A program made the position numbers and the translations under genes. From Candidatus Kerfeldbacteria bacterium (GTDB lineage: Bacteria; Patescibacteriota; Patescibacteriia; UBA9570; XYC2-FULL-38-9): a stretch of 64,000 nucleotides of DNA. Of this stretch, positions 28,700 through 38,597 are shown piece after piece; position 1 is the first letter of the stretch, and each line of letters opens with the position of its first letter. The stretch covers positions 156,272 through 220,271 of the forward strand of contig JACPGJ010000008.1 in NCBI GenBank assembly GCA_016182555.1. Reading direction: 5' to 3'. The notes under the pieces are model-generated. The model saw only the letters and a list, made by a program, of their open reading frames with translations. It made no database searches and was not told the DNA's origin.

Positions 28700-29179
28700 T
28701 TATTCAATACTATTTTTCCCAAAATGATGCACAATACCCATCGCATCGCACAACGCCGCTTTAATTTCGCTACGGGTAACTACCCCAAGTAATTTACCGT
28801 TTTCTACTACCGGTACAACATATAAATCGTTATTCAAAAAATCAGCAGTCACTGCCATAATATTTGTTTCCAAATTCACGGTGAGAAAATCGGTACGCAT
28901 AATCTCTTTCACTTTTTGGTGTTTCAATTCTTGGCAACTTTCGCTAAAAAAATGCCGTTTATACATGGCTTGTGCCATGTTCACATTATCTCGAAATTGT
29001 TCTGGCACAGTCGCTGCTGCAATATCTTGTACGGAAATAAGCCCAACCACTTCTTCGCGGTCATTGACCACAATAAATCCATTAAAATGATGATGCACCA
29101 ATGCTTTCAACACTTCTTCAATCGTTGTGTCTTCGTGGATGGTAATGACGTTGGCGTGATAAATGTCTGAAATGAGCAT
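28700..29179 (-). CDS. CBS-domain pair protein
   Basis: Two tandem CBS motifs (VITIHEDTTIEEVLKAL..., MRTDFLTVNLETNIMAV...); 6 nt upstream of the permease gene. Confidence 0.85.
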   Translation of the reverse strand: MLISDIYHANVITIHEDTTIEEVLKALVHHHFNGFIVVNDREEVVGLISVQDIAAATVPEQFRDNVNMAQAMYKRHFFSESCQELKHQKVKEIMRTDFLTVNLETNIMAVTADFLNNDLYVVPVVENGKLLGVVTRSEIKAALCDAMGIVHHFGKNSIE

Positions 29180-29188
29180 ATTTCTCGT

Positions 29189-30232
29189 TTATTGACGTAA
29201 TTGTTCTTTAAAATAATCGACCCATGGAATTAAGCTCGGGTCTAAACCATAGATAAACGCCTCAAATAGACTAAGATAGCCACCAAATGACAATACATTT
29301 AACATTTGTGCGAGCTTCGTGCTGCCAGCGGCTTGATACTCTACCCATGCAATATTATTTTTACTCACAACCTCTTTTGTGAGTGCCATACGTTTTTGGA
29401 GATGAGCCGAATAGTGTGATGAATTGATGAATATCACGGTTAATTTTTTATCCTGCGGATATTTCAAGCCTTCCATAAAGTGATGGTTCAATTCTGGTAA
29501 TTCGCCATACGCTGCAAAACTTTTCGCTGTTTCATTCATTTGGTTACGCAAAATATGAACGTTCCCACCAAGGTGTTCGGCAGCAAACATCACCGGAATA
29601 GTTTGCTGTATCTGTTGAGCGATGGCCATAGCCTGCTGTTTCGTTGCTTCTTGATTTGCACGCACCTCTTGCACCGCTGCTTGCGCCTCTTCTTTTGTTA
29701 TACTGATGACACCCAACTGCCGCAACAATGCAATCGTGCCCATGCTCATATAACCTGTACCTAAACGCGGCTGGCCCGAGGGGTTATGTTTTGGTTCAAA
29801 AATAAACCCGGGGTATTGTGTGGGAAATAACTTTGCCAATGCACCACCAGAACTGAATCCAGTAATGTTCGCTTTTCGTACTTTCGCCTCTTCGGCACAC
29901 GAAAGCGGTTCTTCTGTGGAACCCGAGTAGCTGCTAAGCAACACCAATGACTGTTCATTCACAAAACCAGGTAGATGATAATCAGAATTGACCATCAATG
30001 GCCGCTGCAATTCGTCATGAAACAACGATTGAGCAATATAGCCGCCATAGGCAGAACCGCCCATTCCACATAACACGATATTGGCACTATTTTTGTATGC
30101 GTCCGTATACAGTTCGATATCAAAATGATCGTCAATAATTTGCTGACATTGATCAGCGAACATCTCTGTAGAACCATACACATTTTTAGGGTCGAGTGCA
30201 GCGAGCGCTTCGCGATTCGTAAGGTCGATCAT
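29189..30232 (-). CDS. Bifunctional phosphoglucose/phosphomannose isomerase (SIS domain, archaeal type)
   Basis: LCGMGGSAYGG SIS nucleotide-sugar binding loop; size and layout of PGI/PMI family. Confidence 0.7.
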   Translation of the reverse strand: MIDLTNREALAALDPKNVYGSTEMFADQCQQIIDDHFDIELYTDAYKNSANIVLCGMGGSAYGGYIAQSLFHDELQRPLMVNSDYHLPGFVNEQSLVLLSSYSGSTEEPLSCAEEAKVRKANITGFSSGGALAKLFPTQYPGFIFEPKHNPSGQPRLGTGYMSMGTIALLRQLGVISITKEEAQAAVQEVRANQEATKQQAMAIAQQIQQTIPVMFAAEHLGGNVHILRNQMNETAKSFAAYGELPELNHHFMEGLKYPQDKKLTVIFINSSHYSAHLQKRMALTKEVVSKNNIAWVEYQAAGSTKLAQMLNVLSFGGYLSLFEAFIYGLDPSLIPWVDYFKEQLRQ

Positions 30233-30316
30233 AAAATATTTTAATCAATTGAGCTATTCTTGGTTCCTCCGCACACAATAAAGTATATCACCATTTATAC
30301 AAATATGCTATAATCC

Positions 30317-31423
30317 CTACTTGTTTATATACCGAGTGATCTTGCCTGAACCATCTGTATGAATGGCTGCTTGTAAGGCGGTAATTTTTTGTTCCACGCT
30401 CCACTGAAATTTTTTACAACCATCAATATATTCTTGAGTTAGGCCGCGTTTATCAGCAAACTGTTTTTCATTTGGTGAATCGACGACAATCACGTTGTTG
30501 TTTACCCAATGCTGCATCTGCATTTCTGCCAATTGTGCCCATTCTACCAGAATAATTCCATGAAGATCACGAATAGAGTTCCGGTAAATACGCTCTACAT
30601 GCGGCGCGACCAATTGCTGCGCCCAATGAATAATTTCCGGTTTTGAATTTGCGGAAAAAAGCTGTTGCGCCAACAACGGACGATTCACCTCTTTATGATC
30701 TGCGGAAAGTACTTGTTGTCCAAAACGCTGTGCCAATTCATAACGAACCGTATTTGCCGCAGCCGAATCTTCACCATAGAATTCATGAAGAAGTGTATCG
30801 ATATCAATATGATGTGCTTCATATCCCTCTTCTTGAAATTTAGCAACAAGACGGCGGGCTACTGTTGATTTTCCAACCGAGAGTGTTCCGGTGATACCTA
30901 TTTTGAACTGGCCGCATACCCGTTCTTCTATTGCCTGTTTCACAAATAACGGCACATACGGAGAAATATCTACTTGTAAATGGGCAAACGATTTTACCCA
31001 CGAAGAAGAGATATGCGTATACGGATGTGGGGTTTCCAAAAACACAAACCGATTCACTACACGCGGTTGAATCAATGTATACAAGGCCATCTGCTCTTGT
31101 TCGTTGACACGGTCATGGTCGTGGCGCAACCCGCGAAAAATAACATCACATTCTTCTTGAACAAACACATCGGTCAATAATCCAGTGGTTGGTAATACTC
31201 GTACTTGCTGCTCATTCAACCCAGATAGTTTCACTGCACGCTGCACCATCTGCGTGCGCTCTACTAAGCTGAAGGCATACCCTTCTTTTTTTGTATCGTT
31301 ATTAGCCACCAAAACAATTAACTCTTCACATTGTTGCAAGGCCAATTCAATCAATGACAAATGACCGTTGGTGACGGGATCAGCAGATAACGCAAAAATG
31401 CCTTTACGGTATTTTTTTGACAT
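30317..31423 (-). CDS. Fused phosphopantetheine adenylyltransferase (CoaD) + dephospho-CoA kinase (CoaE)
   Basis: N-terminus GIFALSADPVTNGHLSLIELA...IFRGLR...ISSSWVK aligns to PPAT motifs (T/HxGH, RGLR, ISSS); C-terminal half starts IGITGTLSVGKSTVARRL (CoaE P-loop). Confidence 0.75.
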   Translation of the reverse strand: MSKKYRKGIFALSADPVTNGHLSLIELALQQCEELIVLVANNDTKKEGYAFSLVERTQMVQRAVKLSGLNEQQVRVLPTTGLLTDVFVQEECDVIFRGLRHDHDRVNEQEQMALYTLIQPRVVNRFVFLETPHPYTHISSSWVKSFAHLQVDISPYVPLFVKQAIEERVCGQFKIGITGTLSVGKSTVARRLVAKFQEEGYEAHHIDIDTLLHEFYGEDSAAANTVRYELAQRFGQQVLSADHKEVNRPLLAQQLFSANSKPEIIHWAQQLVAPHVERIYRNSIRDLHGIILVEWAQLAEMQMQHWVNNNVIVVDSPNEKQFADKRGLTQEYIDGCKKFQWSVEQKITALQAAIHTDGSGKITRYINK

Positions 31424-31523
31424 GGTTCCCCTACTATACCCTAAAGCTTGCGACTATTTCAACACGCTTATCATTACACGAAAAAAATGATATACTCCTG
31501 TTGTTATATTTATTCAAAAAAAC

Positions 31524-31907
31524 ATGAAAAAAATTCATCAAACGTATGAAATTCACGCGCCGATTGGGAAAGTATGGCGTGCACTGGTTGACGCAAAATA
31601 TATTGATAACTGGGGTGGCGGGCCAGCAGTCATGGATGAAGCAGTAGGAACAGAATTTAGCCTATGGAACGGTGACATTTATGGTAAAAATATTGAAGTT
31701 ATTCCAGAAAAAAAATTAGTACAAGAATGGTATGGCGGTGATTGGCCACAGCCATCGATTGCCACATTTACGCTCTCTGAAAGCGATGGAGTGACCACCG
31801 TGGAGCTACTGCATGTAGGAATGCCTGGAGATGAAGTGACCAATTTCGAAGAAGGTTGGAAGGACTATTATCTAGGACCATTGAAAGAATACGTTGAAAA
31901 AAAATAG
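31524..31907 (+). CDS. SRPBCC/AHSA1-domain protein
   Basis: MKKIHQTYEIHAPIGKVWRALVDAKYIDNWGG... matches Activator-of-Hsp90-ATPase-like (PF08327) family. Confidence 0.7.
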   Translation: MKKIHQTYEIHAPIGKVWRALVDAKYIDNWGGGPAVMDEAVGTEFSLWNGDIYGKNIEVIPEKKLVQEWYGGDWPQPSIATFTLSESDGVTTVELLHVGMPGDEVTNFEEGWKDYYLGPLKEYVEKK

Positions 31908-31973
31908 CCGTATCAAAGCAGAGATTCTGGCGACACGCGGTTAAATATGGAAATGCAAGGATAGAATAAAAAA

Positions 31974-34900
31974 TTACTCTTCTTCCGTATACTGCAGCTG
32001 CAATCCGTTTGTGGTCATCACAAAACCGTGAATGGTGAGTTTTCCGGCATGAATTTTTTTGTGACATGCTTTACACAATGGTACCAAATTGAATTTATGG
32101 TCTTTGGGGATATGATCAATATATCCTTCTGTATTCGCTGTATGTTGCGGCCGAATATGATGCGTATCTTCTACTGCTTGTCTGCACACCGCACAGGAAG
32201 TCAGCAGAAGTTCTGGATGATACGGACTCCGTTGTTGCTTTGTTAATAATTCTGTTTCGGAATATTCATTTGCGAGCGTTTTGCGAATGGTCCATGCGTA
32301 CTTCAAAAATTGTTTATCCATATGCAGCGACTTTGCAAACTCTAACCCATATACCGCACTCCCACTCCCCGCTTGCAATGTACGTTCAAAAATAATCGTG
32401 TCCCGTGTTTCATCATATTGCACACCAAGATGAGCACTCACAACATGCGGCAGCTGCTTCACTACATCTAATTCTTGTAATTGGTGAAGATGCGTGGCAA
32501 ATAAGAACAATGCGTGTATTTCTGATAACCGCTGAATCGTGGCGCTGACAATCGCAATAGCAGAGAGGGTTTCGGTTCCGTGGCTAATTTCATCCCCAAG
32601 AATCATGCTGCGTTTGCTGGCGCGATTAAAAATATTTTTCAACTCCATCATTTCCACAGCAAATGACGATAAGCCTTTTTCCACTTGGTCACGAGCGATA
32701 ATACGCGTAAACAATTCGGTGAAGAGTGTGAACCGCATGGCTTTTGCCGGTACAAAAAAACCAGCTTGTGCCAAAATAATACAAATGCCGATGCTTTTCA
32801 TGAGCGATGATTTTCCACTCGAGTTAATACCATACAGCAATACACCACGAATATCGCTCTCCGTCATTTTGGTGAACACGGTATTTTTCTGCCGCATAAG
32901 GTTTCGATTCCCAAGCGTTACATCATTCGGCACATAGATCCCCTGCTCTTCTCGTGCTTCAATCAACGGGTGGCGCAATTGGAGAACTTCCAAAACGGTT
33001 TCTCCCGAAAAATTCACCATTTCTGGTCGCACAAAATTCAATGCACGCGCAGATTTCACTGTACTCACGGCCACATCAATTTTTGCGACATGCGAAACCA
33101 ACCGTTGCAACAACGCAGACCATTCACGTGTTATGGTCGCTAATTCCTGTGCATACAACTCTTTCACTAACGCAGCAATCTTTGTTTGCAATACCACAAT
33201 CTGTTCAGAAATATCGTCAATAATTTTTCCTGTTATTTTGACAGTTGTGGTTTGCAACTTGAAATTGAAATCACTGAATGCGTACACGGTGCCATCAATG
33301 GATACCATACTGGCTTTCAATTCATCTTGAATCAACAAATATCGGCTTTTCGTGAGCGTTAAATAATGGCCTTCTTTATCGAGCTGTTTCACCTGAACAT
33401 AATCCACATCTTCTTTTGCCGTTTTTTCTTGGAGCAACACCACCACTTTTGCACGAAGAATTTCTAACTTCGCTTCATGTGCTTTCTGCTCAGTGATCAA
33501 TGTATCAAGCATCCGGTCATAACCCGGTTGAAAAAACGAACAATCAATTGTTGCTGCTGTGGCTTTCGCAGTTTCGGGTAAATAAAATACTTGCTCAATG
33601 CGCGTCAGCAAATTTTGAATCATCGATTGCTCTTCATTGAGTAAATGGACAACATCGCTCACTGTAGCTGCCGTGCTCAATGCTTCCAACTCTATCATCT
33701 TCACAATGGCGCTCAGCGAATCGTGCAAAAACTGAATTTCAAAGGGGTGCAAGCGCCCTAATTGCATACGCCGCAGCAATCGTTCCAAATCGTAAATAGT
33801 ATTGAGCTGAGCAGAAATTTCTTTTTCCACTGGACGCAATTGTTCAACAAGATCAAACCGTTCTTCCAATTCGGCTGCATGGGTAATAGGGTGTAATAAA
33901 CGATCGCGCAACAACCGCCGACCAATACTGGTTGAAGTATAATCAATCAATTCCAACACGGTGAACTCTTGTGGATCTTTGGAAATAATGGTGAGTTGCT
34001 CCAACGGATTATTCCCTAAATACAAAAATTTTTTTGTATCCAAAATGTGTGGCGGGTTCAACGCTTGAATAATACCGTAATCATGTTCAATCACAAATTC
34101 CAGCAGCAAAACGAGTGCTTCAGAACTCAGGGGCATGCGTTCCAAATTCAAATATTCAATCGGCGAGAGCATCGATTTTGCTTCATACACCTGCTTCAAT
34201 AATTCATTTTGATACGCAACGGACAACCGTTTCGTATTCAGTTTTATATTCGCGTGCGCAGAGAGTTCCAAATAGTGTAACACCTCTGGCATCTTCACTT
34301 CACTGCTAAGCGCCGTAAACACATATTCCGATGTACGATATGTTTGCAACACACTAAACAATTCGTCTAACGCGTAGGTTGGGTCTTCTTCTGTACTGTA
34401 CATTTCAAGCACTGTGGTTTTTCCACTGGCGACATCCATCGTCGCCACACCAATGGCGTATACACCATGGTGTTGGTCAATCGTAACCGAAGAAACAAAA
34501 TTGTCGTCGTGGTCCAAAAGATAATCGATATTTACACCTGGCGACAATACGCAATCCAGATAGCGTGTTATTTTTGGTGGAATGCCGCGTTGACGAATGA
34601 TGACAATAGTGTATTTTTTTTCTTGAATAATGCGGCTAATGTAACGGTCGAACGCCGCTGTAGGAAAACCGGCAAGCAATGGATTTTGGACTGAATTTTC
34701 TAGAACCGATTTATTTTTTCGTGTCAGCTGAACATTAAGAATATCAGCGATCTCTTTTGATTTGCCAATTTTTTCTTTGTGGTTGTCAATGCCATACACT
34801 TCAAAAAATGAACCAATTTCCATGATAACGACCGTGTGCTCACCAAACTCCGCTTCACACAGGCGCTGAATACGAAAATAACTCTCAATCAGAGAGGGTT

Positions 34901-34985
34901 CATTTTGCGCCAATAGCGAATCAATTTCTTGAACAATGGGTGACTGCATCGCGCCTATTGTACCATATTGAATTTGCGGATTCAA
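31974..34985 (-). CDS. MutS-family protein with C-terminal HNH endonuclease domain (MutS7-like)
   Basis: Domain I (FFEVYGIDNH...LAGFPTAAFDRYISRIIQEKKYTIVIIRQ), Walker A GINSSGKSSLMKSIG, Walker B ILGDEISHGTE, then CAVC...THHIRP...N...LCKACHKKIH HNH motif. Confidence 0.8.
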   Translation of the reverse strand: MNPQIQYGTIGAMQSPIVQEIDSLLAQNEPSLIESYFRIQRLCEAEFGEHTVVIMEIGSFFEVYGIDNHKEKIGKSKEIADILNVQLTRKNKSVLENSVQNPLLAGFPTAAFDRYISRIIQEKKYTIVIIRQRGIPPKITRYLDCVLSPGVNIDYLLDHDDNFVSSVTIDQHHGVYAIGVATMDVASGKTTVLEMYSTEEDPTYALDELFSVLQTYRTSEYVFTALSSEVKMPEVLHYLELSAHANIKLNTKRLSVAYQNELLKQVYEAKSMLSPIEYLNLERMPLSSEALVLLLEFVIEHDYGIIQALNPPHILDTKKFLYLGNNPLEQLTIISKDPQEFTVLELIDYTSTSIGRRLLRDRLLHPITHAAELEERFDLVEQLRPVEKEISAQLNTIYDLERLLRRMQLGRLHPFEIQFLHDSLSAIVKMIELEALSTAATVSDVVHLLNEEQSMIQNLLTRIEQVFYLPETAKATAATIDCSFFQPGYDRMLDTLITEQKAHEAKLEILRAKVVVLLQEKTAKEDVDYVQVKQLDKEGHYLTLTKSRYLLIQDELKASMVSIDGTVYAFSDFNFKLQTTTVKITGKIIDDISEQIVVLQTKIAALVKELYAQELATITREWSALLQRLVSHVAKIDVAVSTVKSARALNFVRPEMVNFSGETVLEVLQLRHPLIEAREEQGIYVPNDVTLGNRNLMRQKNTVFTKMTESDIRGVLLYGINSSGKSSLMKSIGICIILAQAGFFVPAKAMRFTLFTELFTRIIARDQVEKGLSSFAVEMMELKNIFNRASKRSMILGDEISHGTETLSAIAIVSATIQRLSEIHALFLFATHLHQLQELDVVKQLPHVVSAHLGVQYDETRDTIIFERTLQAGSGSAVYGLEFAKSLHMDKQFLKYAWTIRKTLANEYSETELLTKQQRSPYHPELLLTSCAVCRQAVEDTHHIRPQHTANTEGYIDHIPKDHKFNLVPLCKACHKKIHAGKLTIHGFVMTTNGLQLQYTEEE

Positions 34986-35035
34986 AATATGCTTCTATTT
35001 TGCTTCTATTTATGGTCCTTCGCGCCAATTCAATG

Positions 35036-35078
35036 TGGATAAAAAAGCACACCCCTTATAATAAACGAGGGGTGTGCT
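35036..35078 (-). terminator. Rho-independent terminator of the 933-aa secreted protein gene
   Basis: Perfect 11-bp stem agcacacccct(35046-35056)/aggggtgtgct(35068-35078), 11-nt loop, followed on the minus strand by TTTTTTAT; 25 nt downstream of stop at 35103. Confidence 0.7.
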
Positions 35079-35102
35079 TAGAAACGATATAACCGCTACC
35101 AA

Positions 35103-37904
35103 CTACTCCGCAACAGTCGTAAATTTCTTCCACGCCGTATAGGCAGAACAACCAGTATTATTACACGCCCGCACACGGAATTGATATGCTGTTCCGGGCA
35201 ACAACCCGCCAGCCTTCTTTTTCAATTTTTTCACATTCTTAAATTTATCCCACTGTTTCTGTTTCTTTACTTTCAACTTGCGCACTTGTACTTGGTATTT
35301 TTTCACCGTTGAACTTTTTGGTTTTTTCCAGCTCAGCAACGCAGAGGTACTGGTAATATTTTTCGCTACCAACTGGCGCGGTTCATTCGGCACCGCATTC
35401 ACCGAAGACAACCCTTTATCACCCAATGCACCGTATGTTGAAAAGTGATCCAACACAATCGTTAGTGTATTCGCATCTGTATCCACGATTGTAGAAACCG
35501 GACTCTCCCACGTATTATTATCTTCACTATACGCTCCTCCGCTCAAATCCTCTTCATCAATGCCGAAATCTTCCAACCGACTTTCATCATATTTCAAATT
35601 GAGCGTTAAATTAGAAGTAAATTCCGTTACTGCATTTCCTTCAGAATCAATGACGCTAAATTCATACGCATCAATCGGAAAATTATCATCAGAAACTTTA
35701 TAATCGGTTGCCGTATTCACGGTGAGTGTTCCATTTCCTGAATCACCGACCGCGTTTGCCGGAATAGTCAAGGTCGATTCGCCATCTGGCAATGTAATCG
35801 TCGTGTTTGTTGTTTCAGAAAACGTGTATGATGTTTCGTCAAAATAATCACCAGCTTGAGTTAATGTCACTTCCAAATCATCACTCCCACCCGATTGTTT
35901 GCCTGGTGTATACAACGTATCGCTGGAGCGGTAGAAGGTATCGTTCCCATACCCCATGCACCCAATATACCAATCATCACCACGCACCAAGCCCATCGAT
36001 CCTTCACCGCCGTCCATTTCTGCAAAATTTTCTACCCCGAGCGTTGGGCTATAGCCATAACAAAAGCTGTAATCTAAATCGTCACCGGTATCAGTTACCG
36101 TGATCAAATTCAGAGTCCAATTAGCCGTTCGTGATTGCATCGTCAATCGTACCGTTTCCCCAGGTTTTGGGGTTGTGGTTTCCCGCGGCGGCGGCAATAC
36201 TTCTCCAGAAAAAGCATCTTTGGTGTGAGCGAATACTTCATACGTTTTCCCACTAGCGACAGACAATTCCGCAACACCATTGTCGTTCGTGACTCCGCCA
36301 ACAAAATTTCCCCAGCCACCTTTATGGCCACCTTTTCCACCCTTACCGTCTTTCCCTTCTTTTTCTTTAATATCTCCTTGCATGGCGGCTACCCAGGCAT
36401 TGGCTTCAGGGTCACCATTTTCATCCAGCACGGTCACTTTAATCGTTGCATCAGCAATTTGTAATACTACTTCAACATCTTGTGGATTATCTTCATCGCC
36501 AACCACAGTCACCATTTCATAATCCTGAATATATTCCGTTCCTTCAGAGCTGGCATAAATACCTTTTTCTGAAAAATCACCGCTATCTCCTTCATCGTCA
36601 CTATACTCATCATCGCCACTATGTTCACCGTCACCGCTGCCATCTCCACTATCTTCATCACCACCTTTTCCACTTCCTCCATCTCCGCTATCTCCTTCAC
36701 CCTTGCCATCACCATAACTTCCACTGCCATGATCTTGAATCCACCCACCCACTTGATACGTATACCCATCTAATACTTGCAAAGTGGCTTCTCCATCTTC
36801 TCCTTGAGTAAATGCACCATCTTGAAAATAATCATTACCCTCTGGATCCTTCATAGAGTACGCATAGGCTGAAAAAGAAGAAATATCGGTTAATGTATTT
36901 CCCTTGGCATCCACATAGCGGAAATTGATTGTTGCCGTGTATTCAATAAGGTTGATATCAATGGCGCCCGTTTCATCTGTTGCTACCGTTACCTCAGCTC
37001 CTTTTGCACCATAACCATATATCCATGCGTCGCATTTATAGCTACCAGCAACAACATTAATAGTGGCTGAACTTTCTCCTCCATTGATATGCCCAAAAAA
37101 GAATGTATCACCGCTCGAGTGAGAAGAATCTTTTCCACCACCATCCTCTTGCGTTTGCTCAGTGTCATCACTTCCGGTTTCAAAACAATTCACTGAACCG
37201 AATTGTTCATTGGTCAGCGTTACCACATTACCATCGGCATCTTTCAATGTGGCCACAATTATTGCATCTGTTTGCTGCACTGATAATTCGACTACGGTTT
37301 CACCATCTGCTTCTGCTTCTACATCATGCGCGAACGTAGACGTATATCCCGATTCAGAATAGGTACTAATAAACCACAAGGAATCGTTGTCCGCGGAGAC
37401 ACCAAAGGCGTATTCTCCATTTTCATCCGTAGAACCAAACGCATAACCACCCTCGCTCCACGCATTGATAGACACATCTGGTGCTGGCGCATCATCTTGA
37501 TCCGTCACATGCACCGTAATATAGCGCGATGCTGTTTCTAGGGTGTAATCTCCAAAATCCTGCGTGCCATCAACAGCCAAATCAAAATCAACCGTAATTT
37601 CTTCGGTAGTTGCATCAAACAATGAACAACTGGAACAATCATAGCTCGATGCCGGGTCGAAATAAAAGTAGTACGTTCCTTCGGCGAGGTCCGTAAAATA
37701 AAAATAACCATCGCTATCTGTTGTTGTGTACCCAATTTGGGCCTGCGATGCATCTAATAACTGCACGGCCATACTCTCGACCGGTTGGCTGTCGGCATTC
37801 AACGCGCGTCCTTGAACCAATGAAACGGTCTCTGCATGCACTGCAGAAAAACCAAAAAACACCCCCACGAGTCCCAGTGTAAGAGAAAGTAAAATCCTCC
37901 TCAT
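35103..37904 (-). CDS. Large secreted surface protein: CarboxypepD_reg-like N-domain, Gly/Ser/Asp-rich linkers, C-terminal fibronectin type III domain
   Basis: Signal peptide; DSDGYFYFTDLAEGTYYFYF; low-complexity GDGKGEGDSGDGGSGKGG and KDGKGGKGGHKGG; C-terminal PNEPRQLVAKNITSTSALLSWKK...YQFRVRACNNTGCSAY Fn3. Confidence 0.6.
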   Translation of the reverse strand: MRRILLSLTLGLVGVFFGFSAVHAETVSLVQGRALNADSQPVESMAVQLLDASQAQIGYTTTDSDGYFYFTDLAEGTYYFYFDPASSYDCSSCSLFDATTEEITVDFDLAVDGTQDFGDYTLETASRYITVHVTDQDDAPAPDVSINAWSEGGYAFGSTDENGEYAFGVSADNDSLWFISTYSESGYTSTFAHDVEAEADGETVVELSVQQTDAIIVATLKDADGNVVTLTNEQFGSVNCFETGSDDTEQTQEDGGGKDSSHSSGDTFFFGHINGGESSATINVVAGSYKCDAWIYGYGAKGAEVTVATDETGAIDINLIEYTATINFRYVDAKGNTLTDISSFSAYAYSMKDPEGNDYFQDGAFTQGEDGEATLQVLDGYTYQVGGWIQDHGSGSYGDGKGEGDSGDGGSGKGGDEDSGDGSGDGEHSGDDEYSDDEGDSGDFSEKGIYASSEGTEYIQDYEMVTVVGDEDNPQDVEVVLQIADATIKVTVLDENGDPEANAWVAAMQGDIKEKEGKDGKGGKGGHKGGWGNFVGGVTNDNGVAELSVASGKTYEVFAHTKDAFSGEVLPPPRETTTPKPGETVRLTMQSRTANWTLNLITVTDTGDDLDYSFCYGYSPTLGVENFAEMDGGEGSMGLVRGDDWYIGCMGYGNDTFYRSSDTLYTPGKQSGGSDDLEVTLTQAGDYFDETSYTFSETTNTTITLPDGESTLTIPANAVGDSGNGTLTVNTATDYKVSDDNFPIDAYEFSVIDSEGNAVTEFTSNLTLNLKYDESRLEDFGIDEEDLSGGAYSEDNNTWESPVSTIVDTDANTLTIVLDHFSTYGALGDKGLSSVNAVPNEPRQLVAKNITSTSALLSWKKPKSSTVKKYQVQVRKLKVKKQKQWDKFKNVKKLKKKAGGLLPGTAYQFRVRACNNTGCSAYTAWKKFTTVAE
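36569..36719. repeat. Low-complexity coding repeat (Gly/Ser/Asp/Glu-rich linker)
   Basis: Reiterated tcaccgc/atctcc/tcatc units encoding HGSGSYGDGKGEGDSGDGGSGKGGDEDSGDGSGDGEHSGDDEYSDDEGDSGD. Confidence 0.5.
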
Positions 37905-37968
37905 AGTTTTTTGTTACTAATTATGAATAGATGAAGTATAACAAACTGTTTTTCAGTTGGCAAAATTT

Positions 37969-38310
37969 TTATAAAATAGCTAATAGTTCAATGTCAAAAT
38001 GTAATGTGGCGCCGCCAGGAATGACACCGCCTGCTCCGGCACTTCCGTATCCCAGTTGTGGCGGAATAACGAGGCTGCGTTTTCCACCGACTTTCATACC
38101 CGAAACACCTTCATCCCACCCCTGAATGACCATGCCCGCACCCAAGCGAAAATTAAACGGTTTGCGGTCAACAGAACTATCAAATACACGGCCATCAGGA
38201 AACATACCGGTATAATGCACACTCACGGTAGTTCCCTTTTTTGCTTCGTCTCCTGTACCGATCTGGGTATCTTCGTATTGTAAACCGCTGGGTGTTGTGG
38301 TCATATTCAT
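37969..38310 (-). CDS. FKBP-type peptidyl-prolyl cis-trans isomerase
   Basis: VSVHYTGMFPDGRVFDSS...GAGMVIQGWDEGVSGMKVGGKRSLVIPPQLGYG...LHFDIELL. Confidence 0.9.
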   Translation of the reverse strand: MNMTTTPSGLQYEDTQIGTGDEAKKGTTVSVHYTGMFPDGRVFDSSVDRKPFNFRLGAGMVIQGWDEGVSGMKVGGKRSLVIPPQLGYGSAGAGGVIPGGATLHFDIELLAIL

Positions 38311-38337
38311 GCTGTTAATAATTGTTGTTTATAGAGG

Positions 38338-38583
38338 TTATACTAACTTACCGCATAAGGCAATTTTTTCTGCACGAGTCATTCGTTTTATTTGCGCTTC
38401 TCGTTTAAGCGCTTTGCTTTTTGTGCCTGCCTTTTCTGTATAGATAATTTTAACTGGTTGGTGTGAACGCGTGTAGCGGCTCGCTTTACCAGCTTGGTGT
38501 TTGGCAAACCGTTCGGCGACATTGGTTGAGATACCAGTATATAGCGTGCCGTCAGTACATTCCAAAATATAAACCGAATACAT
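38338..38583 (-). CDS. GIY-YIG nuclease superfamily small protein (UPF0213-like)
   Basis: VYILECTDGTLYTGISTNVAERFAKHQ GIY-YIG core; 81 aa. Confidence 0.8.
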   Translation of the reverse strand: MYSVYILECTDGTLYTGISTNVAERFAKHQAGKASRYTRSHQPVKIIYTEKAGTKSKALKREAQIKRMTRAEKIALCGKLV

Positions 38584-38597
38584 ATCTCATGAAATAA

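Noticed and set aside
36446-36811. His-rich 121-aa plus-strand ORF (HRHYTHHRHYVHRH...)
   Set aside because: Antisense reading of the low-complexity Gly/Ser/Asp linker inside the 933-aa secreted protein gene; no start context.
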